The translations under genes were made by a program, and so were the position numbers. A stretch of 64,000 nt of DNA from Eledone cirrhosa (Eukaryota): the NCBI GenBank assembly GCA_964016885.1, contig OZ024764.1, positions 26,536,001 to 26,600,000 of the forward strand, in the 5' to 3' direction. This document shows positions 26,901 to 40,250 of this stretch, piece by piece (within the stretch, counting starts at the first letter, position 1; every line of letters starts with the position of its first letter). The notes beneath the pieces are model-generated. The model had not been told where the DNA came from and searched no databases. It saw nothing but the letters and a program-made list of their open reading frames with translations.

Positions 26901-29900
26901 CGCTCTCCCTCTCTCTCGTTTCATCTCTGTCTTCCTCTCTCTCGTTTCATCTCGCTCTCTCTCTCTCTCGTTTCATCTCTGTCTTCCTCTCTCTCGTTCC
27001 ATCTCTCACTTCCTCTCTCTCGTTCCATCTCTCTCTTCCTCTCTCTCGTTTCATCTCTATCTCCCTTCTTTCATCTGTCTCTCTCTCTGTCGTTTCATCT
27101 CGCGCTCTCTCTCTCTCTCGTTTCATCTTGCGCTCTCTCTCTCTCTCGTTTCGTCTTGCTCTCTCTCTCTCTCGTTTCATCTCTGTCTTCCTCTCTCTCG
27201 TTCCATCTCTCTCTTCCTCTCTCTCGTTCCATCTCTCTCATCCTCTCTCTCGTTTCATCTCTATCTCCCTCCTTTCATCTGTCTCTCTCTCTGTCGTTTC
27301 ATCTCGCGCTCTCTCTCTCTCGTTTCATCTTGCGCTCTCTCTCTCTCGTTTCATCTCGCTCTCTCTCTCGTTTCATCTCTGTCTTCCTCTCTCTCGTTCC
27401 ATCTCTCTCTTCCTCTCTCTCATTCCATCTCTCTCTTCCTCTCTCTCGTTTCATCTCTATCTCCCTTCTTTCATCTGTCTCGCTCTCTGTAGTTTCATCT
27501 CGCGCTCTCTCTCTCTCGTTTCATGTCGCGCTCTCTCTCTCTCGTTTCATCTCGCTCTCTCTCTCTCGTTTCATCTCTGTCTTCCTCTCTCTCGTGCCAT
27601 CTCTCTCTTCCTCTCTCTCGTTCCATCTCTCTCTTCCTCTCTCTCGTTTCATCTCTATCTCCCTTGTTTCATCTCTCTCTCGCTCTCTCGTTTCATCTCT
27701 CTCTCCCTCTCGTTTCATCTCGCTCTCTCTCTCCTGTTTCATCTCGCTCTCTCTCTCTCTCGTTTCATCTCTGTCTTCCTCTCTCTCGTTCCATCTCTGT
27801 CTTCCTCTCTCTCGTTCCATCTCTCTCTTCCTCTCCCTCGTTTCATCTCTCTCTCGCTCTCTCGTTTCATCTCTCTCTCCCTCTCATTTCATCTCGCTCT
27901 CTCTCTCCTGTTTCATCTCGCTCTCTACTCTCGTTTCCTCTCTCTCTCTCGTTTCATCTCTCTCTCCCTCCCGTTTCATCTCGCTCTCTCTCTCTCATTT
28001 CATCTCGCTCTCTCTCTCTCGTTTCATCTCGCTCTCCCTCTCTCGTTTCATCCCGCTCTCACTCTCTCATTTCTTCTCGCTCTCTCTCTCTTGTTTCAAC
28101 ACTCTAATCCCTCACTTGTTTACTATCTCTCAGAATTATTAGCCACAGGGACAGAGATGACCATAACATTACATGTCAGAATTATTAGCCACAAGGGCAG
28201 AGATGTCCATAACATTACATGACAGAATTATTAGCCACAGGGGCAGAGATGACCATAACATTACATGAAAATTATTAGCCACAGGGGCAGATATGTCAAT
28301 AACATTACATGACAGAGTTTCATCTCGCGCTCTCTCTCTCGTTTCATCTTGCGCTCTCTCTCTCTCTCGTTTCATCTTGCTCTCTCTCTCGTTTCATCTC
28401 TGTCTTCATCTCTCTCGTTCCATCTCTCTCTTCCTCTCCCTCGTTCCATCTCTCTCATCCTCTCTCTCGTTTCATCTCTATCTCCCTCCTTTCATCTGTC
28501 TCTCTCTCTGTCGTTTCATCTCGCGCTCTCTCTCTCTCGTTTCATCTCGCGCTCTCTCTGTCTCGTTTGATCTCGCTCTCTCTCGTTTCATCTCTGTCTT
28601 CCTCTCTCTCGTTCCATCTCTCTCTTCCTCTCTCTCGTTCCATCTCTCTCTTCCTCTCTCTCGTTTCATCTCTATCTCCCTCGTTTCATCTCTCTCTCGC
28701 TCTCTCGTTTCATCTCTCTCTCCCGCTTGTTTCTTCTCGCTCTCTCTCTCCTGTTTCATCTCGCTCTCTACTCTCGTTTCCTCTCTCTCATTTCCTCTCT
28801 CTCTCGTTTCATCTCTGTCTCGTTTCATCTCGCTCTCTCTCTTTCTCGTTTGATCTCGCTCTCACTCTCTCGTTTCATCTCGCTTCTCTCACTCTCTTGT
28901 TTCATCTCGCTCTCTCTCTCTCTTCCTCTCTCTCTCTTGTTTCAACACTCTAATCCCTCACTTGTTTTATCTCTCTCTAATCCCTCACTTGGTTCATCTC
29001 TCTCAGAATTATTAGCCACAGGGGCAGAGATGTCCATAACATTGCATGTCAGAATTATTAGCCACAGGGCAGAGATGTCCATAACATTACGTCAGAATTA
29101 TTAGCCACAGGGGCAGAGATGTCCATAACATTACATGTCAGAATTATTAGCCACAGGGGCAGAGATGTCCATAACATTACATGACAGAATTATTAGCCAC
29201 AGGGGCAGAGATGTCCATAACATTACATGTCAGAATTATTAGCCATAGGGGCAGAGATGTCCATAACATTACATGACAATTATTAGCCCCAAGGGCAGAT
29301 ATGTCGATAACATTACATGAGAGAGTTTCATCTCGCGCTCTCTCTCTTCCTCTCTCTCGTTTCATCTCTGTCTTCCTCTCTCTCGTTCCATCTCCCTCTT
29401 CCTCTCTCTCGTTCCATCTCTCTCTTCCTCTCTCTCGTTTCATCTCTATCTCCCTCCTTTCATCTGTCTCTCTCTCTGTCGTTTCATCTCGCGCTCTCTC
29501 TCTCTCGTTTCATCTTGCGCTCTCTCTCTCTCGTTTCATCTCGCTCTCTCTCTCTCTCGTTTCATCTCTGTCTTCCTCTCTCTCGTTCCATCTCTCTCTT
29601 CCTCTCTCTCGTTTCATCTCTATCTCCCTCGTTTCATCTCTCTCTCGCTCTCTCGTTTCATCTCTCTCTCCCTCTCGTTTCATCTCACTCTCTACTCTCG
29701 TTTCCTCTCTGTCTCGTTCCATCCCGCTCTCTCTCTCTCTCATTACATCTCGCTCTCTCTGTCTCGTTTCATCTCGCTCTCACTCTCTCGTTTCAACACT
29801 CTAATCCCTCACTTGTTTTATCTCTCTCTAATCCCCCACTTGTTTCATCTCTCTCAGAATTATTAGCCACAGGGGGAGAGATGTCCATAACATTACATGT

Positions 29901-32900
29901 AAGAATTATTAGCCACAGGGGCAGAGATGTCCATAACATTACATGACAGAATTATTAGCCACCGGGCCAGTGATGTCCATAACATTACATGACAATTATT
30001 AGCCCGAAGGGCAGATATGTCCATAACATTACATGACAGAGTTTCATCTTGCGCTCTCTCTCTTGCTCTCTCTCGTTTCATCTCGCTCTCTCGTTTCATC
30101 TCGCTCTCTCTCGTTTCATCTCTGTCTTCCTCTCTCTCGTTCCATCTCTCTCTTCCTCTCTCTCGTTCCATCTCTCTCTTCCTCTCTCTCGTTCCATCTC
30201 TCTCTTCCTCTCTCTCGTTTCATTTCTATCTCCCTCCTTTCATCTGTCTCTCTCTCTGTCGTTTCATCTCGCGCTCTCTCTCTCTCGATTCATCTCGCGC
30301 TCTCTCTCTCTCGTTTCATCTCGCTCTCTCTCTCTCTCTCGTTTCATCTCTGTCTTCCTCTCTCTCGTTCCATCTCTCTCTTCCTCCCTCTCTTCCTCTC
30401 TCTCGTTTCATCACTATCTCCCTCGTTTCATCTCTCTCTCCCTCTCGTTTCATCTCGCTCTCTCTCTCCTGTTTCATCTCGCTCTCTACTCTCGTTTCCT
30501 CTCTGTCTCGTTCCATCCCGCTCTCTCTCTCTCTCATTACATCTCGCTCTCTCTGTCTCGTTTCATCTCGCTCTCTCTCTCTCTCGTTTCATCTCGCTCT
30601 CACTCTCTCGTTTCATCTCGCGTTTCATCTCACTCTCCCTGTCTCATTTCATCTCGCTCTCTCTCTCTCTCTTCCTCTCTCTCTCTTGTTTCAACACTCT
30701 AATCCCTCACTTGTTTTATCTCTCTCTAATCCCTCACTTGTTTCATCTCTCTCAGAATTATTAGCCACAGGGGCAGAGATGTCCATAACATTACATGTCA
30801 GAATTATTAGCCACAGGGCAGAGATGTCCATAACATTACATGTCAGAGTTATTAGCCACAGGGGCAGAGATGTCCATAACATTACATGTCAGAATTATTA
30901 GCCACAGGGGCGGAGACGTCCATAACATTACATGACAGAATTATTAGCCACAGGGGCAGAGATGACCATAACATTACATGACAATTATTAGCCACAGGGG
31001 CAGATATATCAATAACATTACATGATAGAGTTTCATCTCGCGCTCTCTCTCTCTCGTTTCATCTTGCTCTCTCTCTCTCTCGTTTCATCTCTGTCTTCCT
31101 CTCTCTCGTTCCATCTCTCTCTTCCTCTCTCTCGTTCCATCTCTCTCATCCTCTCTCTCGTTTCATCTCTATCTCCCTCCTTTCATCTGTCTCTCTCTCT
31201 GTCGTTTCATCTCGTGCTCTCTCTCTCTCGTTTCATCTCGCGCCCTCTCTGTCTCGTTTCATCTCGCTCTCTCTCTCTCTCGTTTCATCTCTGTCTTCCT
31301 CTCTCTCGTTCCATCTCTCTCTTCCTCTCTCTCTTCCTCTCTCTCGTTTCATCTCTATCTCCCTCGTTTCATATCTCTCTCGCTCTCTCGTTTCATCTCT
31401 CTCTCCCTCTCGTTTCATCTCGCTCTCTACTCTCGTTTCCTCTCTGTCTCGTTCCATCCCGCTCTCTCTCTCTCACATTACATCTCGCTCTCTCTGTCTC
31501 GTTTCATCTCGCTCTCTCTCTCTCTCGTTTCATCTCGATCTCACTCGCTCGTTTCATCTCGCTTCTCTCACTATTGCGTTTCATCTCGCTCTCCCTGTCT
31601 CATTTCATCTCGCTCTCTCTCTCTCTCTTCCTCTCTCTCTCTTGTTTCAACACTCTAATCCCTCACTTGTTTTATCTCTCTCTAATCCCTCCCTTGTTTC
31701 ATCTCTCTCAGAATTATTAGCCACTGGGGCAGAGATGTCCATAACATTACATGTCAGAGTTATTAGCCACAGGGGCAGAGATGTCCATAACATTACATGA
31801 CAATTATTAGCCCCAAGGGCAGATATGTGCATAACATTACATGACAGAGTTTCATCTCGCGCTCTCTCTCTCTCGTTTCATCTCGCGCTCTCTCCCTTCC
31901 TCTCTCTCGTTTCATCTCGATCTCTCTCTCTCTCGTTTCACCTCTGTCTTTCATCTCTCTCTTCCTCTCTCTCGTTCCATCTCTCTCTTCCTCTCTCTCG
32001 TTTCATCTCTATCTCCCTCCTTTCATCTGTCTCTCTCTCTGTCGTTTCATCTCGCGCTCTCTCTCTCTCCTTTCATCTCGTGCTCTCTCTCTCTCGTTTC
32101 ATCTCTGTCTTCCTCTCTCTCGTTCCATCTCTCTCTTCCTCTCTCTCTTCCTCTCTCTCGTTTCATCTCTATCTCCCTCGTTTCATCTCTCTCTCCCTCT
32201 CGTTTCATCTCGCTCTCTCTCTCCTGTTTCATCTCGCTCTCTACTCTCGTTTCCTCTCTCTCGTTTCCTCTCTGTCTCGTTCCATCCCGCTCTCTCTCTC
32301 TCTCATTACATCTCGCTCTCTCTGTCTCGTTTCATCTCGCTCTCTGTCTCTCTCGTTTCATCTCGCTCTCACTCTCTCGTTTCATCTCGCGTTTCATCTC
32401 ACTCTCCCTGTCTCATTTCATCTCGCTCTCTCTCTCTCTTCCTCTCTCTCTCTTGTTTCAACACTCTAATCCCTCACTTGTTTTATCTCTCTCTAATCCC
32501 TCACTTGTTTCATCTCTCTCAGAATTATTAGCCACAGGGGCAGAGATGTCCATAACATTACATGTCAGAATTATTAGCCACAGGGCAGAGATGTCCATAA
32601 CATTACATGTCAGAATTATTAGCCACAGGGGCAGAGATGTCCATAACATTACATGTCAGAATTATTAGCCACAGGGGCGGAGACGTCCATAACATTACAT
32701 GACAGAATTATTAGCCACAGGGGCAGAGATGACCATAACATTACATGACACTTATTAGCCACAGGGGCAGATATATCAATAACATTACATGATAGAGTTT
32801 CATCTCGCGCTCTCTCTCTCTCTCGTTTCATCTTGCGCTCTCTCTCTCTCGTTTCATCTTGCTCTCTCTCTCTCTCGTTTCATCTCTGTCTTCCTCTCTC

Positions 32901-34690
32901 TCGTTCCATCTCTCTATTCCTCTCTCTCGTTCCATCTCTCTCATCCTCTCTCTCGTTTTATCTGTATCTCCCTCCTTCAATCTGTCTCTCTCTCTGTCGT
33001 TTCATCTCGTGCTCTCTCTCTCTCGTTTCATCTCGCGCTCTCTCTGTCTCGTTTCATCTCGCTCTCTCTCTCTCTCTCTCGTTTCATCTCTGTCTTCCTC
33101 TCTCTCGTTCCATCTCTCTCTTCCTCTTTCTCGTTCCATCTCTCTCTTCCTCTCTCTCGTTTCATCTCTATCTCCCTCGTTTCATCTCTCTCTCGCTCTC
33201 TCGTTTCATCTCTCTCTCCCTCTCGTTTCATCTCCCTCTCTACTCTCGTTTCCTCTCTGTCTCGTTCCATCCCGCTCTCTCTCTCTCTCATTACATCTCG
33301 CTCTCTCTGTCTCGTTTCATCTCGCTCTCTCTCGCTCTCGTTTCATCTCGCTCTCACTCTCTCGTTTCATCTCGCTTCTCTAACTATTGCGTTTCATCTC
33401 GCTCTCCCTGTCTCATTTCATCTCGCTCTCTCTCTCTCTCTTCCTCTTGTTTCAACACTCTAATCCCTCACTTGTTTTATCTCTCTCTAATCCCTCACTT
33501 GTTTCATCTCTCTCAGAATTATTAGCCACAGGGGCAGAGATGTCCATAACATTACATGTCAGAGTTATTAGCCACAGGGGCAGAGATGTCCATAACATTA
33601 CATGACAATTATTAGCCCCAAGGGCAGATATGTCCATAACATTACATGACAGAGTTTCATCTCGCGCTCTCTCTCTCTCGTTTCATCTCGCGCTCTCTCT
33701 CTTCCTCTCTCTCGTTTCATCTCGCTCTCTCTCTCTCTCGTTTCACCTCTGTCTTCCTCTCTCTCGTTCCATCTCACTCTTCCTCTCTCTCATTTCATCT
33801 CTCTCTCTCTCGTTTCATCTGTCTCTCTCTCTGTCGTTTCATCTCCCTCTATCTCTCTCTCCCTCTCGTTTCATCTCGCTCTCTCTCTCCTGTTTCATCT
33901 CGCTCTCTCTCTCTCATTTCATCTCGCTCTCTCTCTCTCATTTCATCTCGCTCTCTCTCTCTCGTTTCATCTCGCTCTCACTCTCTCGTTTCATCTCGCT
34001 CTCACTCTCTCGTTTCATCTCGCTCTCCCTGTCTCGTTTCATCTCGCTCACACTCTCTCATTTCATCTCGCTCTCTCTCTCTTCTTTCAACACTCTAATC
34101 CCTCACTTGTTTCATCTCTCTCAGAATTATTAGCCACAGGGGCAGAGATGTCCATAACATTACATGTCAGAATTATTAGCCACAGGGGCAGAGATGTCCA
34201 TAACATCACATGTCAGAATTATTAGCCACAGGGGCAGAGATGTCCATAACATTACATGTCAGAATTATTAGCCACAGGGGCAGAGATGTCCATAACATTA
34301 CATGACAGATTTATTAGCCACAGGGGCAGAGATGTCCATAACATTACATGGCAGATTTATTAGCCACAGGGGCAGAGATGTCCATAACATTACATGTCAG
34401 AATTATTAGCCACAGGGGCAGAGATGTCCATAACATTACATGACAGATTTATTAGCCACAGGGGCAGAGATGTCCATAACATTACATGACAGATTTATTA
34501 GCCACAGGGGCAGAGATGTCTATAACATTACATGACATAATTATTAGCCACAGGGGCAGAGATGTCCATAACATTACATGACAGATTTATTAGCCATAGG
34601 GGCAGAGATGACCATAACATTACATGACAGAATTATTAGCCACAGGGGCAGAGATGTCCATAACATTACATGACAGAATTATTAGCCACA
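23906..34690 (-). repeat. Right arm of composite satellite: 10 modules in inverted orientation
   Basis: CT blocks begin at ~24083, 25736, 26732, 28313, 29321, 30037, 31026, 31845, 32793, 33650, separated by reverse-complement 46-bp arrays. Confidence 0.95.
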
Positions 34691-34917
34691 TGTAATGTTA
34701 TGGACATCTCTGCCCCTGTGGCTAATAATTCTGTCATGTTATGTTATGGACATCTCTGCCCCTGTGGCTAATAATTCTGACATGTAATGTTAGGGACATC
34801 TCTGCCCCAGTGGCTCATAATTCTGACATGTAATGTTATGGACATCTCTGCCCCTGTGGCTAATAATTCTGTCATGTAATGTTATGGACATCTCTGCCCC
34901 TGTGGCTAATAATTCTG
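34688..34917 (+). repeat. Re-inverted 46-bp array, ~5 units
   Basis: Junction ATTAGCCACA|TGTAATGTTATGGAC. Confidence 0.9.
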
Positions 34918-35979
34918 TTCAAATCTGACTGACATGCATGGTATATATTTATGTTTCATTAGACACCGCCACAATACACAGGAACTTATAAAGATATGTA
35001 TATATTGTCCAGGAGTTTCGAGTTTAGTGGGAATTGTACAAATCTCAATTGGAGCTAGTCCCTGCAAGATCAGCATAAATAATGTTATACCTTTTCATGA
35101 AATCTTGCACACCCGATATTTTATACATGATTATTTAAAGGTGAACAAAAACCGAAGAACATTGAGCAGCATTTCTCAACCTTTCTACCCATGTTGATCT
35201 CTTGAAATAGTTTTTATGTCTCAAGGAAGCCTTGCATAAAATATACTTTTTCTATCTCTAGAGCAGTGGTTCCCAAATCGTGTGCTGTGAGATGAAACTA
35301 GATGAGCTGCAAAAGACTAAGATTAAGTTTTAAGATGTGAAAAATATAAAACTGAAATTTCATATAAAAGTTCAAATATAGCTACAGCCACAAACCTAGG
35401 CTCCACACCCCGCAACGCAGAGGAGAGTAAGATAGTACTGAGCCCTGACTCACCTCTTCCACTCCATTGAGACCTCTGCCATACTTGGTCCCCCTACTGC
35501 TGATTTCCTCCATAAAGTCGGGAGGAAAGACGGCAGGAGCCTCGTGAGGAGGGGCAACTATTGTAGCAGGTGTCTCTGGCCTTGTTCCGAGGTAACGCTT
35601 TTACGTTTCTTCCACGTGTTGCGGCTGAGGGACCACTTAGACTGGGGTGAAGTGTCTGTCCCTCCCCCGACTTCTTACTTCCTTTTTTTTCTCCTTTTCA
35701 ATTTCTTTTCTCTTCTTGCTTATCTCTGCTATACCACGGCATCAAAAAGATATATGATATATGTATGTATGGTATAGGTGTATTTATATTTAGGATAGTT
35801 ATCAAAGGTAAATAGACTGGTTGGAGTAATAACAGTCTTGTTTATGTATATACACACATATATACATATATATATATATATATATATGTTTGTTCTTGTA
35901 TTTCTATAGAAAAGGTAAAGAAAAGAAGAGTGCTCTATGTATTGTACAGAGCTATTTAATTACATAATAAACAACAGAA

Positions 35980-38259
35980 TGGAAAACATTCAGACAGAGA
36001 AGAATGGATAATGAGCGTTGTAAGAGAAATTGGCCAACAATTAATATTAATGGAAATGTAGAAGAATTTCATATTAGTGATATGAATGTTTCGTGTGATC
36101 ACTGTGGAGCTTTGAAATTTAGAAATGAAAATTGTATCTGTTGTAATAAAGGAAAGGTTGTGTTGCCACCATTGCAAATATACCCTGAGAGACTGAGAAA
36201 TCTCTTTGAAAGAGGCCAGGAAGCAGTTGATTTCACAGAAACATCTGCAATTAAAACTACATTTATTTCACTTCATTTGGTGTTACCACCCGGCAGAGGC
36301 CCGTATAGCTTTCATATTCAGGGTCAAACATATCAATACACCCCCATCTCTGTAACCTGCAGAAAATACACCACAATATGGCCAGTTATATATTATTGAT
36401 GGGAATGAAAGTGTGTAGCACAGATTGGAAGTACAACCAAATAATTGTTTCTGGCACAAGGCCAGCAATTACTGGTACTTTATTCTATCGACCTCATAAG
36501 GATGAAAACAAAGTCAACCTTAGAGGGATTTGAACCCAGAACGTAAAGGGCCATAACCCTATGCTGCAAAGCATGGTGTCTGACGCTCTACCGATACTGC
36601 CAATCCACCGCCCTAGTACCAACAAATAATGACTGCTCACCACAAAAAATGGCTATGATAAGAGAGGTGTTGCATGAATGTTATCCATATGTCGAAGTGT
36701 ACAATACAATGCATGGCATCAAACAGCAAATTTCTAGAAGAGAAAATTGTCGTGTACAGAACTGTGAATTAAGATTTAGAAGAGGATCAGATATGAGCTG
36801 CTATAATTTACCAACTAGTAATGATAGCTGTTGTTTTGTGGGGGATTGAGGGCACACCACCTGTACAAAGAGATATTATCATCTTTCCTAAAGACCATCC
36901 TCCTCAGAAAATACCACATAATTCATGCCACTTGGACCTCATGACCGACCGATAATGGTGAATTTTGGTGGCATAGTGACATGGAGAGGAATGCAGGACC
37001 TGTGTTTGCAATAGACTGACAATGCAGGAGTATTACATATACTGTATAGCATATAGAGGAGGATTTAGTGCGATATATAGGGCAGGTAAATTATTTTAGC
37101 AGTATTTAGTGGATGCCTATATGAAAGTAGAGGGATGCAGGCTTCAATATTTGAGGAACAATCAAGCCCAATTGTGAGTGGATGAGTATAATGGTTTAAT
37201 GAATTATCTAAACAGATGATAACACTGAGCCTTAAAAAATGAAGACAAGATATGAAACAGAGAAGACATTGACAGAATCGTGTCAGCAGAAATACCTGCA
37301 TTGGAAGATGATCCAGTACTACATGAGCAGGTTTAAAAGTTTATTATCCACAGGCCATGTGGTTCTGGAAACCCTTTTCCCCCATTTATACAAAATGGAT
37401 TTTTCCAAAAGAACTATCCAAAAACCTACAGAAGGGAAACATTATTGAACCTAAATGGATACCCAGAGTACAGGAGGTGCAAGACAGGAACTGCAGTGTA
37501 AATTGGATGACATTCAGTAGATAACAGGAATGTTGTGCCACTTAATGCCTTTTTGCTTAAGAAATATTGTGCACATATTAATGTTGAAGTTTGCGCTTCT
37601 GTAAAAAGTGTCAAGTACCTCTTTAAATATGTTACATGGGGCATGATTGTACATCTATAGAAGTAACGAATAATGCATTACCTAATGAGGCTCAGAACCA
37701 ACACAACCATGATGAAATAAGAACCTATCTTTGTTGCAGGTATGTGTCTCAGCCAGAAGCAGTGTTGTGTCTCTCAGAATTTAAGCTTCATGGTACATCA
37801 CATACAGTATACAGCCTAGCCACACACCTGGAGAACAAACAGAGTTTACTTTCAAAGAGGCAATGCTTACACCTTCTGGGATGCCGCCTCACTAACTCCA
37901 ATTAAAAGCAGGATCAATAATAATGCTTCTATGGAATATTTCAATCCAGAACAGATTATTTTATTGGCACAAGATTAGAAGTAGTGGAACTGCATAAACA
38001 TTTTATCGAAGCTTCTCATATCTATGGTCCTTTGATGGGCAGGTGTGTTTTGATCCGAAGACTGAAGTTAGTTCCCAGTGGTGCCAACATCCCTTTTACT
38101 TTGGAAAGACCCCAGTTTCCATTAAGACTGTCATATGCCATGACAATCAACAAGAACCATGGTCAAATACATGATAAAGTGGGTCTGTTCCTCCCTGAGC
38201 AAGTATTTAACCCTGGACAATTGTATGTTGCTTTTTCAAGAGTTCACAGACAGATGTAA
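35980..38259 (+). pseudogene. Helitron Rep/helicase pseudogene (copy 3, no satellite insert)
   Basis: Same motifs and lesions as the other copies, with an extra small deletion near 37866. Confidence 0.9.
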
Positions 38260-38746
38260 AAATTAATCCTAGCAAACCCCCACCACTCCTACAACTGTTA
38301 GCTGTTAGACCACCCCCAGCACCACCCAACCTCCGTTCTAGTCCCACCGTTAGAACCAATGCTGCTTACCCTGCCTCTTTTACTAGTTCACTCCTTCGCT
38401 CGAATTTCAAAGCTGGCCCTCTACACTTGGTCGTGCTCTCTGTGTCCGCACTAGCCGGTACCTAAACACAATAAAATGTCACCTGTGCTACCAAAACTAC
38501 CACAGGAACTCTGTCGGCATCAGCAAGGCTCAAGCCGAAAGGCTTCAATACTAGACCTGTAATCAGGGCCACTTTACCTCCGACGACCAGCTTTCTACCG
38601 ATTGTGTGTTGATGGAGGGGACATGAGACCAGCAAAGTCCTAGGAGTAGAGACTAGTAAATAATAAACGGTCCTAGCTATGTTAAGAAGACAAGAGAAAT
38701 AAATATTTACCTCTTTCATGTAGGTAATATAGCGGTGTTATAAAAG

Positions 38747-40034
38747 TAATTATACGACCGGTGTAACAGTCGGTATAAATGAAAGATGTAGAAATGAAAG
38801 TTGCAACAATGACATGAATAAATATACAGTAATTTAATATGAGCAAGAATAAATATTTAATGGAATTAATTAAGTGTAATTTAATAAGAAATAAGAAATA
38901 AGTAAAACAGTAAAAGAAACAATAACAAACAAAATGGAGTCACATAAAATTTGGTTTATCTTTATAAAGCTTATTTTAAACGCGATTTTCCTTTTAAATC
39001 CGTAGCTCCGCTTACTAACCTTAGGGCTGTAACGTTACATGGTTCGAATCTTACACTCTTCTCTATAGTGCCACACGAGTTATCTCCTAGTCTTTTTATA
39101 TAGTTTCACTGTTTAGTGAAAGAGGGCGCTACGAACAGTTACTTATGTAGATGGGTGGTTAGCGATTCGGCTTACAAACATTAGCATCATGACGTTACAT
39201 GGGTTCGAACCCTTCCGGCGCCTCAATTTTTCAAATAGAGTTATCACCCATGGTTCTTTAGAGTTTCATTGCTTACTCGAAAGATGGCGCGGGGATCATC
39301 TTTTACGATGAGTAGTAAGAGACAATAATACATGGAAGGAGGAGAAATAGAGAGAGATAGAAAGACGAATGTGTCACACACTCAATTCTCTCACCCTCTC
39401 TTTACTTTTATTACTCTATCTACCTCTACTTTCTCACCCTCTCTTTTCTTCTATTACACTTTCTTCCTCGTATTTCTCACCCTCTCTTTATTTCTATTAC
39501 TCTATCTACCTCATATTTCTCACCTTATCTTTACTTCTTTTATTCTTTCTTCTTTGTATTTCTCACCCTCTATCTATCTCTTATTTCTCATCTCTCTTTA
39601 CTTCTGACAGAGTGATAGATGTAAAGAGAAGGTGAGAAATAAGAGGTTGATAGATTTGGCTGTTATTTTTAACATTTTCTAATCATATGAGAGAGAGAGA
39701 GAGAGTATAAGATATATAGAGAGGGGGAAATCGCCGATGTTTACGTTGAGAAAACCTTATAAAATGTTATAAATGGGTTTATAAAGAACAGAATGAGATA
39801 AACAAGACAAAGACAGATAAAATAAAATCAGCGATTTATTTATAATATTTTAATATATTTTTCCTGGTCGTCTGCTTCCATTGATAGAGAGAGGAGTGGT
39901 GGGAGGTAGCCATAACAACCGTGGTAGCAACACTGTGGTTTTTAAAGAAGTGAATACAAGAAAAACTAAACAAGCAACAAATTTAATTTACTAAAATTAG
40001 TTTAAACATCTAAATCTTAAGAATATTAAATCTC
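38747..40034. other. Segment found only in copy 3: AT-rich DNA, a degenerate tRNA-like dimer and CT-rich low-complexity DNA
   Basis: Leaves the unit consensus after GGTGTTATAAAAGTA; not found elsewhere in the window. Confidence 0.5.
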
Positions 40035-40038
40035 TTAC

Positions 40039-40246
40039 CCCTTTAGCATTCACATTACTCTATATATACTATTGTATTTTCACAGTAACGGCTTTATCTC
40101 ACATAATATCGAATCTATGAGATTTCGATATTATTTATTTTCAGAACAATACTTTAACATCAGTATGAGTGGTTAATTAGGGCTGGTTTGAACAGAAAGA
40201 GGTGAGAGAATTCTGGCCGGTTACAGCTGGTTTTAATGCTAAGGGG
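40039..40246. mobile_element. piggyBac-like MITE, ~208 bp
   Basis: TTAC|CCCTTTAGCATT ... AATGCTAAGGGG|TTAA: 11/12 TIR match and a TTAA-type TSD. Confidence 0.75.
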
Positions 40247-40250
40247 TTAA

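Noticed and set aside
13035-34133. Long ORFs (up to 541 aa) rich in Ser/Leu or Arg/Glu
   Set aside because: They arise because CT/GA repeats lack stop codons; they are open in several frames and show no domain
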